Source: a virus. Taken from it: a DNA stretch of 64,000 bases. Numbering within the stretch: position 1 is the stretch's first letter; each line of letters opens with the position of its first letter. The stretch spans positions 1 through 64,000 of IMG/VR virus record IMGVR_UViG_3300045976_000117. One strand, given 5' to 3'. A program made the position numbers and the translations under genes. Below, piece after piece: positions 10,283 to 17,913 of this stretch. A model generated the notes under the pieces. That model made no database searches. It was not told the DNA's origin and was given only the letters and a program-made list of their open reading frames with translations.

Positions 10283-11249
10283 TACACCCCATGACCAGAG
10301 CACGGCAGCAATCCTCAGCGCCTACCTCGCTACCTCCGCGGCGCTGAGGTCTCGTCTGCTGGCTTTGGTGGCAGCTGCCTATGCCGCGCAGGGCAACTAT
10401 CGGGACGCTGCCGCCGATGCTTTCGTGGCCAGCGTGGTGCCAGCTGTGTTGGCCGCTCAGCAGACGATGGCACACCTCACAAGCGCTTATCTGGCCCATC
10501 TCATCTCCGCGGCAGGGGGAGGCACCACGGCGCCGGTAGCCATCCCACGGGAGGCAGTGAGCAATCTGCGGGGAGTCGATCCGGTGCAGGTCTACCGGCG
10601 ACCTTACGAACAGATCTGGTACGACCTGAGCCAGGGCAAGTCGTTTGAGGATGCCGTGCAAGCCGGCGAACGACGCGCTCTCAGTCTGGCGGCTACCGAT
10701 GTGCAACTAGCCAAAACGAGAGCCTCACAGATTGTGCTAGCAAATGATCGCAGGGTTGTTGGTTATCGTCGCGTTCTGGTTGGCACGCATTCTTGCGGCC
10801 TTTGTGTCGTCGCGTCGTCGGTGAGATATCATAAAAATGATCTACTTCCGCTCCATCCAATGTGCGATTGTGCGACGGCACCGATATTAGCTAGCAGAGA
10901 CCCTGGTCGCACCATTAATTCTGCGATTCTCGCGGATGGGTCGACAGAGCAGGCTATCGGGTCTCAAGGCATGAAGTTCTTTAGCCATGATGATGTGATC
11001 GAGGTGGGAGATCTTCTCACCGAGGCACATGACGCCGTGCGAGACACTTTTGGCGAAGCTGCCGCGGATGCACATCAGATTGACTACCGAAAAATAGTCA
11101 TGGTTCGTGAGCATGGTGAACTAGGACCAGTGCTGACAGTGTCACACCATAATTTTACCCAGTCACAGATTGAGTCCGGAGATCTCAAGGCCAAGGCCGG
11201 TACCTTCCATACAGTCAAGGGTCGGGAAGTGACAAATATTGGGGAGTGA
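10251..11249 (+). CDS. MuF-like minor capsid/capsid maturation protein
   Basis: GYRRV....SCGLC.VAS...Y...L.PLHPMCDC motif. Confidence 0.85.
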   Translation: MTSPQPQPFTDTPHDQSTAAILSAYLATSAALRSRLLALVAAAYAAQGNYRDAAADAFVASVVPAVLAAQQTMAHLTSAYLAHLISAAGGGTTAPVAIPREAVSNLRGVDPVQVYRRPYEQIWYDLSQGKSFEDAVQAGERRALSLAATDVQLAKTRASQIVLANDRRVVGYRRVLVGTHSCGLCVVASSVRYHKNDLLPLHPMCDCATAPILASRDPGRTINSAILADGSTEQAIGSQGMKFFSHDDVIEVGDLLTEAHDAVRDTFGEAAADAHQIDYRKIVMVREHGELGPVLTVSHHNFTQSQIESGDLKAKAGTFHTVKGREVTNIGE

Positions 11250-11449
11250 TGATGCAGCTAAGAATTTCGATTTTTGGGCGACAGGTGCTGCATATTACTA
11301 CTGAGCCTGACCAAGACTCCTCACAAAGACCTACGCTCGAGGCTACCTCCGGCGGCCAGTTTGAGATTGGTTTTAGTAATACCAGAGACGCAGAGGTTAT
11401 GAGCCAGAGGAGACATGGTGGGCAATTACAATGCCGAGCAACGCCGTAA
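11246..11449 (+). CDS. Hypothetical protein
   Basis: Overlapping start/stop with MuF gene. Confidence 0.4.
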   Translation: MMMQLRISIFGRQVLHITTEPDQDSSQRPTLEATSGGQFEIGFSNTRDAEVMSQRRHGGQLQCRATP

Positions 11450-11654
11450 ATTGCTCAAGCAAGGCAAGGCTCTTCCTCCGGCCAAGGTTGGCGAGCCACC
11501 ACGATTCCCCATTGATGATGCTTCCGACGTAAATAGTGCCGTGCATCTAGCTCGCACCGATGAAGAGCGTAGGCACACTTATAAGCAGGCTAAACGGTTA
11601 GGCGTTTTAGGTCGTATACCGTCTAGTTGGAAACCGGACGGCTCATTAAGGTAA
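11415..11654 (+). CDS. Small head-module protein
   Basis: GAGGAG RBS; FPI...DV..A...RRH..K.A..LG...IP..W..DGSL motif. Confidence 0.7.
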   Translation: MVGNYNAEQRRKLLKQGKALPPAKVGEPPRFPIDDASDVNSAVHLARTDEERRHTYKQAKRLGVLGRIPSSWKPDGSLR

Positions 11655-11719
11655 AACTTCCCGCGATCCTGCGGGTATGCGTGTACGGCCACGCCTAAGA
11701 GCCGTAGGTATTTGAAATT

Positions 11720-11764
11720 GCCGCCGACATGGCGGCTTTTCTTATGCCTATTCCCGACATGGGA
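11720..11764 (+). promoter_or_regulatory. Twin GACAT-loop hairpins over scaffold RBS
   Basis: GCCGCC-GACAT-GGCGGC and TCCC-GACAT-GGGA; the second overlaps the SD GGGAGG. Confidence 0.5.
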
Positions 11765-11773
11765 GGTAACACC

Positions 11774-12373
11774 ATGGCTGATGACGACACCGGTACATCA
11801 ACGGATACCGGCGCCGACGACGCAGGCCAACAGCAAGACGGCAAGTCTACTGATCAAAGTCAGCAGACCGATAGGACTGCGACCGGGACAGGTAGTGATG
11901 CCGATAATCAGCAAGACAGTAAGGGTGACGACTCCGACAAGGATAAGGAACCTGACTGGAAAGCTGAAGTAGCAAAGTGGAAGGCTCTTGCTCGCAAACA
12001 TGAGGCTCGAGTCAAGGAACTTTCTCCCGCCGCGGTGAAGCTAAAAGAGATTGAGGACTCACAGAAGTCTGAGCTCGAAAAAGCACAGGAACGTGAAACC
12101 GCTCTGCAAGTCGAATTGCAGAAGTATCGCGTTGCTGAAGTTCGGCGCGCTGCCGCATCGGCGGCCGGTCTCGATCCGGAGTTAGCCGAGTTTATTACCG
12201 CGGTGGATGAGGAAGAAGCCAAGGCTCAGGCTGAGAAATTGGCCGAGCGATTCAAGACTTCCGCAGCCAATAGTAAATCAGCAGATTTTAAGCAGGGCAC
12301 TCGCACTACGGCGCCAGTTGCCAGGTCCCGTGATGATCTCTTGCGGACTCTAGCAGGTTATGGCCCTCGGTAA
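11774..12373 (+). CDS. Capsid scaffolding protein
   Basis: Acidic N-terminus, DWKAEV.KWKALARKHE, KSELEKA coiled coil; precedes capsid gene. Confidence 0.88.
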   Translation: MADDDTGTSTDTGADDAGQQQDGKSTDQSQQTDRTATGTGSDADNQQDSKGDDSDKDKEPDWKAEVAKWKALARKHEARVKELSPAAVKLKEIEDSQKSELEKAQERETALQVELQKYRVAEVRRAAASAAGLDPELAEFITAVDEEEAKAQAEKLAERFKTSAANSKSADFKQGTRTTAPVARSRDDLLRTLAGYGPR

Positions 12374-12425
12374 GTAGCGAGCAGATAGACCCTGCTTTCC
12401 GAAGTAATAGAAAGGTAGGGCTATC

Positions 12426-13388
12426 ATGCCCACTTATAATACTGGTATTTTCCGCCAGACTCCTCCGACGACTGATCCACTTGTTCCGGAGCCGTTGTCT
12501 GAGGACATTATTCAGCAGTTGCCGGAGGCATCTTCGGTTCTTCGCATGGCGCGTACTGTTCCAATGTCTACGCGCACTCAGCGGCTTCCTGTGCTGGATG
12601 TTCTGCCGCAGGCCTACTGGGTGTCTGGTGACAGTGGCCTCAAGCAGACGACTAGTCAGATTTGGAAGAACGTTACCTTGGTGGTCGAAGAGCTGGCCGC
12701 TTTGGTGCCGATTCCTGACGCTTACCTGGCTGACACCAACATTCCGTTGTGGGACGAGGTCCGGCCTCGACTGGTCGAGGCTATTGGTCGAGCTATTGAT
12801 GCTGCCTGCTTGTTCGGTGTGAACAAGCCAAGCACCTGGCCTACGGCTATTGTTCCCGCTGCTATTGCCGCGGGTAACGTGATCACCGATATTAACCAGG
12901 ATATTCCAAAGTCGGTTGCCCAGTTGGCTGAGCGTGTCGCGTTGGACGGTTACACCAACATCAATGGCTGGCTTATTCGTCCGGGCTTCAAGTGGCGTTT
13001 GCTTCAGGTTCGGTCTTCTGGTTCTGGCGAGCCTATTTACATGCCAGATCTTCAGAATGGCCGCGGTGGCAGCCTTTATGGTTACCCGCTGGAAGAGGTA
13101 TCTAACGGTGCCTGGGATCCGACCGTGGCTGACCTTTTGCTGGGTGACTGGTCAATGGCCATCATCGGTACACGTCAAGATATCACGTTCAAAATGTTCG
13201 ATCAGGGCGTGATCGTTAATGACAGTGGCCAGGTCATTTACAACGCTGCCCAACAGGACGGCCAGATCATGCGTGTGGTTATGCGTCTTGCTTTTGCGAC
13301 CGCTAACCCGGTGACGAATCTTCAGGCCAACTCTGCCAGTCGGTATCCGTTCGGTGTGCTGGCTACTGGCTCGGCTTCAGCCAGCTAG
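12426..13388 (+). CDS. Major capsid protein (HK97 fold)
   Basis: 320 aa; AYWVS, EELAA.VPIP, G...D.A..FG, GDWS..IIG.RQDI motifs. Confidence 0.95.
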   Translation: MPTYNTGIFRQTPPTTDPLVPEPLSEDIIQQLPEASSVLRMARTVPMSTRTQRLPVLDVLPQAYWVSGDSGLKQTTSQIWKNVTLVVEELAALVPIPDAYLADTNIPLWDEVRPRLVEAIGRAIDAACLFGVNKPSTWPTAIVPAAIAAGNVITDINQDIPKSVAQLAERVALDGYTNINGWLIRPGFKWRLLQVRSSGSGEPIYMPDLQNGRGGSLYGYPLEEVSNGAWDPTVADLLLGDWSMAIIGTRQDITFKMFDQGVIVNDSGQVIYNAAQQDGQIMRVVMRLAFATANPVTNLQANSASRYPFGVLATGSASAS

Positions 13389-13479
13389 TACGAGGGGGAT
13401 GGGTTTCCGGGCTTGTTCGAGAAGTCTGTTCTCGTCAGAGCCGATCGTATCGCACAAGCCCGGAAACCTAGGAGCATAG

Positions 13480-14508
13480 ATGCGTGTTCTTGCTTTACTT
13501 CACTTGTATCCACCGCGGCATAATGCCGGAGGGGACATCACCGCACACATTTTGTTGCGGGAGTTGGTACGTCATGGGCATCAGGTGGTCGTGCAACTCA
13601 CGATGCCCCATCCTATGTACACGCTGGATCCGTACACTTACGAAGGCGTGAAAGTTTTTCCGTACATGGGTCAGGCAGACCCTCTGCGGTGGCTTGAGAT
13701 GTCTGACAAGCCTGATATCATTGTCACCCATCTTATGTCATCTCTCCGCGCGGCAATACTGGGTGACATTCATAAGATTCCGGTGATTCACCTTGTTCAC
13801 AATACACATGGAAAAACTAAGGCGGATCTTCGCTGGAAAACTGATCTGGCGGTTTACAATACAGAATGGATGAAAGTAGATGTTGAAAGTTGGTGGAGAG
13901 ATTATCAAGGCACCGAACCTCCACCAAACATCGTGGTTCATCCGCCGGTATTTAGAACGGATTATCAGGTCACTCCTCCCACCGCTGGCAAGGGCTGCGT
14001 CACTCTCATCAATCTGTTTGAAGACAAAGGCGCCAGTCTTTTTTACCAACTCGCGGAGAAATTTCCGCGACTGAGGTTTCTTGGTGTGACTGGTGCTTAC
14101 GGTAAACAAGATATTCGGCACGGCTTGCCCAATGTGGAGATCATACCTCATGTCGGACCAGCCGATATTAAAAATCTTGTCTACGCGAGAACACGAGTCC
14201 TCCTCATGCCCAGTGTGTACGAGTCGTACGGGCGTTGTGGGGTCGAGGCAGCGTGTTCCCGAATCCCTACCATCTACCACCCAACGCCAGGCCTTCTCGA
14301 GGCCCTAGGTGATGGTGGTATTGCCTGTGACCGTGATGACTTGAATGCCTGGGTAGCCACGTTGGCAGGTCTGACCACGTCGTCAGGGTGGCTGACCGCG
14401 TCTCAACGGGCCAAGGCGATAGCCGACCGGCTCACGCCGGAGGCCGACCTAGAGCGCTGGGTACAGGCCGCAGAGCAGACAGCTAGGGTGCCCGTTTCAA
14501 TAGGATAA
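13480..14508 (+). CDS. Glycosyltransferase family 4 (GT-B)
   Basis: YPP.HNAGG, L...GHQV, LMPS.YESYGR.GVEA...IP.I motifs. Confidence 0.9.
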   Translation: MRVLALLHLYPPRHNAGGDITAHILLRELVRHGHQVVVQLTMPHPMYTLDPYTYEGVKVFPYMGQADPLRWLEMSDKPDIIVTHLMSSLRAAILGDIHKIPVIHLVHNTHGKTKADLRWKTDLAVYNTEWMKVDVESWWRDYQGTEPPPNIVVHPPVFRTDYQVTPPTAGKGCVTLINLFEDKGASLFYQLAEKFPRLRFLGVTGAYGKQDIRHGLPNVEIIPHVGPADIKNLVYARTRVLLMPSVYESYGRCGVEAACSRIPTIYHPTPGLLEALGDGGIACDRDDLNAWVATLAGLTTSSGWLTASQRAKAIADRLTPEADLERWVQAAEQTARVPVSIG

Positions 14509-14523
14509 GGAGGTATAGTAATT

Positions 14524-15150
14524 ATGTCCTTGCCTCCTCTCGCAACAATCAATGATGTCACCTCGCGGCTGCCCAGTGGTGTATCTATTGACGAGAATCG
14601 TGCAATCTCGCTGATACGTGATGCGTCGGCAACCGTTCGACGTTACACAAAGCAAGATTTCACTATCGGTACGACCATCGCGAATATCCGGCCAATCGGG
14701 TATAGGCTTAGATTGCCGCAACGACCGGTGCTTGATGTAATCAGTATTGAGATTAAATTGCCAGGTTCCCAGCCAGGCACGTACACCTCCATACCATCTT
14801 GGTACTGGGACGGGTCCGATGAAGTCTGGCTAGTCGACGGTAGCGCAGTGGTCAATCTTGCTGAGGAAATCATCTCCGCGGTGGAGTACATGACGCCTGT
14901 GTGTCGGGTTACCTGGCAACACGGTTACACCGAAGTTCCTGATGACATTGTTGGCGTTGTTTGTTCGATGGTGAATCGTCTTATCACGGCGCCGGGGCTT
15001 GGCGGAGTGATTTCAGAAACGGTAGGCGAGTTTAGCTACCGATTGTCTGACGCGGCTGCTCAGGGTCCTATGACTTTGACGCAGTCGGAAAAAGACATTC
15101 TGAATGACTACCGGCCTAAAGGTGGTAGGACTGTCGAGTTGAGAGGGTAA
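14524..15150 (+). CDS. Head-to-tail adaptor
   Basis: LATINDV..RL, DAS..VR, HGY.EVPDD...VVCSMV.R, ETVGEFSY. Confidence 0.85.
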   Translation: MSLPPLATINDVTSRLPSGVSIDENRAISLIRDASATVRRYTKQDFTIGTTIANIRPIGYRLRLPQRPVLDVISIEIKLPGSQPGTYTSIPSWYWDGSDEVWLVDGSAVVNLAEEIISAVEYMTPVCRVTWQHGYTEVPDDIVGVVCSMVNRLITAPGLGGVISETVGEFSYRLSDAAAQGPMTLTQSEKDILNDYRPKGGRTVELRG

Positions 15151-15155
15151 GTGCA

Positions 15156-15500
15156 ATGTACTTCCCCTTCGGTATGACAGTTACGGTCAACCATCGACAG
15201 ATCGATCGTAACGGCGATTATCAGATTACTGACTCTTATCAGTTGCCAGGATGCGTTATTAGCTATGCTGGTCGTGCCGGATCAGCTCGGGGCAGCGAGC
15301 AAGAATCGTTTGAGCGGGACACAATTCGTGCATCAACCGTTCTTTTCGCACCTACCGGCGCGGACATTCGCGTTAATGACACGATTACGCTTGATGACAA
15401 TACTACATGGCACGTCTGGGGATTGCCTACTGATTTTCGAAGTCCTTTTACCGGCTGGGCACCTGGCAAGGTAGCTGCACTTCGACTCTATGAAGGCTGA
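15156..15500 (+). CDS. Head-to-tail stopper
   Basis: P.GADI...D, SPFTGW.PG...L...EG motif. Confidence 0.85.
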   Translation: MYFPFGMTVTVNHRQIDRNGDYQITDSYQLPGCVISYAGRAGSARGSEQESFERDTIRASTVLFAPTGADIRVNDTITLDDNTTWHVWGLPTDFRSPFTGWAPGKVAALRLYEG

Positions 15501-15505
15501 TCCAT

Positions 15506-15596
15506 GGTGGGGCGGTCCCGATGGAGAGACAGCAGTTATCGCCTCCTATGCTCCGGGCGGTATCTGTGTACGTGGGTTCGATTCCCACCCCCACCT
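15506..15596 (+). ncRNA. tRNA-like RNA with elongated anticodon arm
   Basis: Acceptor GGTGGGG/CCCCACC, D arm GTC..GG..GAC, T arm GTGGG-TTCGATT-CCCAC; anticodon arm 4+7 bp with 12-nt loop. Confidence 0.7.
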
Positions 15597-15614
15597 CTTT
15601 GAGAGGTGTACTCA

Positions 15615-15953
15615 ATGACATGGACACGCGTAGATATCAGTTATAGCGGATTGCATAGGTATCTGTGGGAATCCGCTGAGCTTGGCGCCGCGCTGCTGGC
15701 TCATGCCGAGAAAGGCGTAGCCTTCGCCAAGGCTATCGCTCCTGAGGGGCCAGCTCGAGATCCCCACCGTGGGGAGTTCAAAGAGTCGATTCGAGCTCGA
15801 GTTGGTAAAGGTCCTCGAGGCGGTATGGCAGCCATTATCGAGGCATCTCCTCCCTGGGTGGAGTTCGGACGCAAACACCGTGAACCGTACCGAGGTGCCC
15901 ATGTGCTGGCGCGCACTGCCCAGTACCTGAACGCTCCCAAACGTCGTGCATAG
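15615..15953 (+). CDS. Neck/tail completion protein (HK97 gp10-like)
   Basis: AKAIAP...G.FKESI, WVEFG, HVLAR motifs; position. Confidence 0.75.
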   Translation: MTWTRVDISYSGLHRYLWESAELGAALLAHAEKGVAFAKAIAPEGPARDPHRGEFKESIRARVGKGPRGGMAAIIEASPPWVEFGRKHREPYRGAHVLARTAQYLNAPKRRA

Positions 15954-15961
15954 GAGGTCAT

Positions 15962-16369
15962 ATGGGTCAAGACCTACCCTCCTTCGCGGATGCCGAAGAA
16001 GTGGCCTACTCCCTGCTCAAAGATACGGGTGTCATTCTTAAAGGCACTCCGGCCAATTTCAATCCTCCGGTCTACATCATTCGACGTATTGGCGGGCATA
16101 GTGATTACGTGACTGATTTTGCACACATTCAAGTAACGGCCATTGGCGATAAACGACCACAGTCAGTCACGATGCAGTTAGATGCTCAACGGGTCATCGA
16201 AAATTCATTTGCAACTGAAGTAACGCTTGAAGATAACTCCGTGGTGCTCATCGACGGCACGACGGTTCTCTCCGCAGGATATATCCAGCCGTACGAAAAC
16301 ATTGACATGCGTGAAGTAGTCGGTATCTACGAATTACGCATGAGACGGCCGATAGTCCCTGCTCATTAG
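15962..16369 (+). CDS. Tail terminator
   Basis: FADAE, IRRIGG motifs; directly before major tail gene. Confidence 0.8.
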   Translation: MGQDLPSFADAEEVAYSLLKDTGVILKGTPANFNPPVYIIRRIGGHSDYVTDFAHIQVTAIGDKRPQSVTMQLDAQRVIENSFATEVTLEDNSVVLIDGTTVLSAGYIQPYENIDMREVVGIYELRMRRPIVPAH

Positions 16370-16429
16370 TTCCCGCCTGGGAATAGGGCGGTCTGAGAAA
16401 GAGATATTAACCCTACCTAGGAGGGTAGT

Positions 16430-17101
16430 GTGGCTGATTATACGAGCATTGCACACCGTCAGGCTACTCTGATTCGCAAAGCTCTTCAGGGAAGTGTGTT
16501 CATTGCTCCGTACACCGCGGCAGCAGTCACGAGCATCACGACCGGCGCGAGTCAGGATATTGCTCCGTTGCCTGCCGGTTATGTCGATGTGGGCATGATC
16601 GACAAGAAGAATGCGCCGACCTGGGCAAGCAAGGTAACGACGCAGGAAGTCATGGCCTGGGGCGATGTTTATAGCGCACGGCGAGACATCACCAAGGTTG
16701 ATGGCTCGCTGAAGTTCGTCATGCTTGAGACTAATAAGACATCTCTTCAGTTGTATCTAGGGCAGGATCTTTCGACGGCTCCGTTGGCGCCGACCACTCG
16801 TGAGCTCATTATCAATCAAGCATCCCGGCCTCAGCCGATTCCTTATCGGGTGCTCGGCATTACGCAGGACGGTACTGGATCGAATGCTATTTATGTTGGT
16901 CGGTTCTACCCACGAGCGTTCGTTACCGATATCGGCGACCAGAAGTGGGATGACGACGCCGAGGCTTTGGTCTGGGATGTTACGTTTACTCCGCAGAATG
17001 ATCCGGTTCTTGGCACGCCAGTTGTGCATATGTTTGGTGGACCTGGCTGGTTCGCCCAGTTGGCAGCTACGGGCTTTAATGCGAACCCAGGCGGCAGCTA
17101 A
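16430..17101 (+). CDS. Major tail tube protein
   Basis: IRK.L.GSVFIAP, WG....RRDI, LETN motifs. Confidence 0.88.
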   Translation: MADYTSIAHRQATLIRKALQGSVFIAPYTAAAVTSITTGASQDIAPLPAGYVDVGMIDKKNAPTWASKVTTQEVMAWGDVYSARRDITKVDGSLKFVMLETNKTSLQLYLGQDLSTAPLAPTTRELIINQASRPQPIPYRVLGITQDGTGSNAIYVGRFYPRAFVTDIGDQKWDDDAEALVWDVTFTPQNDPVLGTPVVHMFGGPGWFAQLAATGFNANPGGS

Positions 17102-17141
17102 TAGTTTATTTTCCAGACAAAGGAGCATGAGGTACACAAGA

Positions 17142-17489
17142 ATGGCAACGTACAAATTAGATGACTACATTGCCGAGGCCGATATCGAGCCTTTTGAGCT
17201 CGATCTAGGAGGGGACAAGGGAGTCGTATCCATCGCGGCTCCCACCTCCGAGGCAATGGTAGAAATCACTGAGACCCCCCTGAACGAAACAAAGCACATC
17301 TTCGAGCTCGTCTGCGGTGAAGAAGAGTTCGGCAAGGTTTGGGAGGCAGTTCGATTCCTGCCCGCCACTGTGCTTCAAAACATCATGCTTGACATGCTGA
17401 AACACTTTAAGATTATTGCTCAGGTTCGTGATATATCGGGGGGATCCAGGGCCTCGCTACGCTCTTCGAGAAACACGGCGAGGCTATAG
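17142..17489 (+). CDS. Tail assembly chaperone (gpG-like)
   Basis: Between major tail and tape measure; G6-A slippery run at 17438-17444. Confidence 0.85.
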   Translation: MATYKLDDYIAEADIEPFELDLGGDKGVVSIAAPTSEAMVEITETPLNETKHIFELVCGEEEFGKVWEAVRFLPATVLQNIMLDMLKHFKIIAQVRDISGGSRASLRSSRNTARL

Positions 17490-17896
17490 AATACGACTTT
17501 CGGCATGAACTGGGCATTGATGTTCACGAGTACCTCCGTGGTGAGCGTCCATGGGCTCAGTTTTATCGATTTCTGGCCCGTCTCCCTCGGCATAGCCATT
17601 TCTACGCGGGGATGATGGAAGACCCGGAAGCGGTCGAGAGATTAATGCAACGGTCATCCGGGGGCGATAAGAAAGGGTTAACACTTGTCGGGTGGAGGAC
17701 CGAGCATGACCTACTCACTACTATTATCGATCTGTTGAATCATTTACATGCCACACTTATTCAGGTCAATGATGAAAAAGGCAGGCGACCTGATGTGACT
17801 CTCATGCCGAGACCAGGAACCGCATTGACAAAGGTCGAGGCCAAGAAAGCAATTCAGCAGCATCGTGATTTAGTGGCTCGATTTTTACCGCAATAG
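17441..17896 (+). CDS. Tail assembly chaperone -1 frameshift extension (gpGT-like)
   Basis: -1 frame open from G GGG GGA: IQGLATLFEKHGEAIEYDFRHELGID...LPRHSHF..MMEDPE. Confidence 0.85.
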   Translation, partial: GIQGLATLFEKHGEAIEYDFRHELGIDVHEYLRGERPWAQFYRFLARLPRHSHFYAGMMEDPEAVERLMQRSSGGDKKGLTLVGWRTEHDLLTTIIDLLNHLHATLIQVNDEKGRRPDVTLMPRPGTALTKVEAKKAIQQHRDLVARFLPQ

Positions 17897-17913
17897 CATA
17901 GAGGAGGGCGGTA

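Noticed and set aside
13402-13468. Hammerhead ribozyme call
   Set aside because: GAAA is GAAC and stems I and II do not abut the core correctly; kept only as a structured element.
16800-17141. 229-aa ORF N-terminal extension overlapping the major tail gene
   Set aside because: Shadow frame; the RBS and protein character support a start at 17142.
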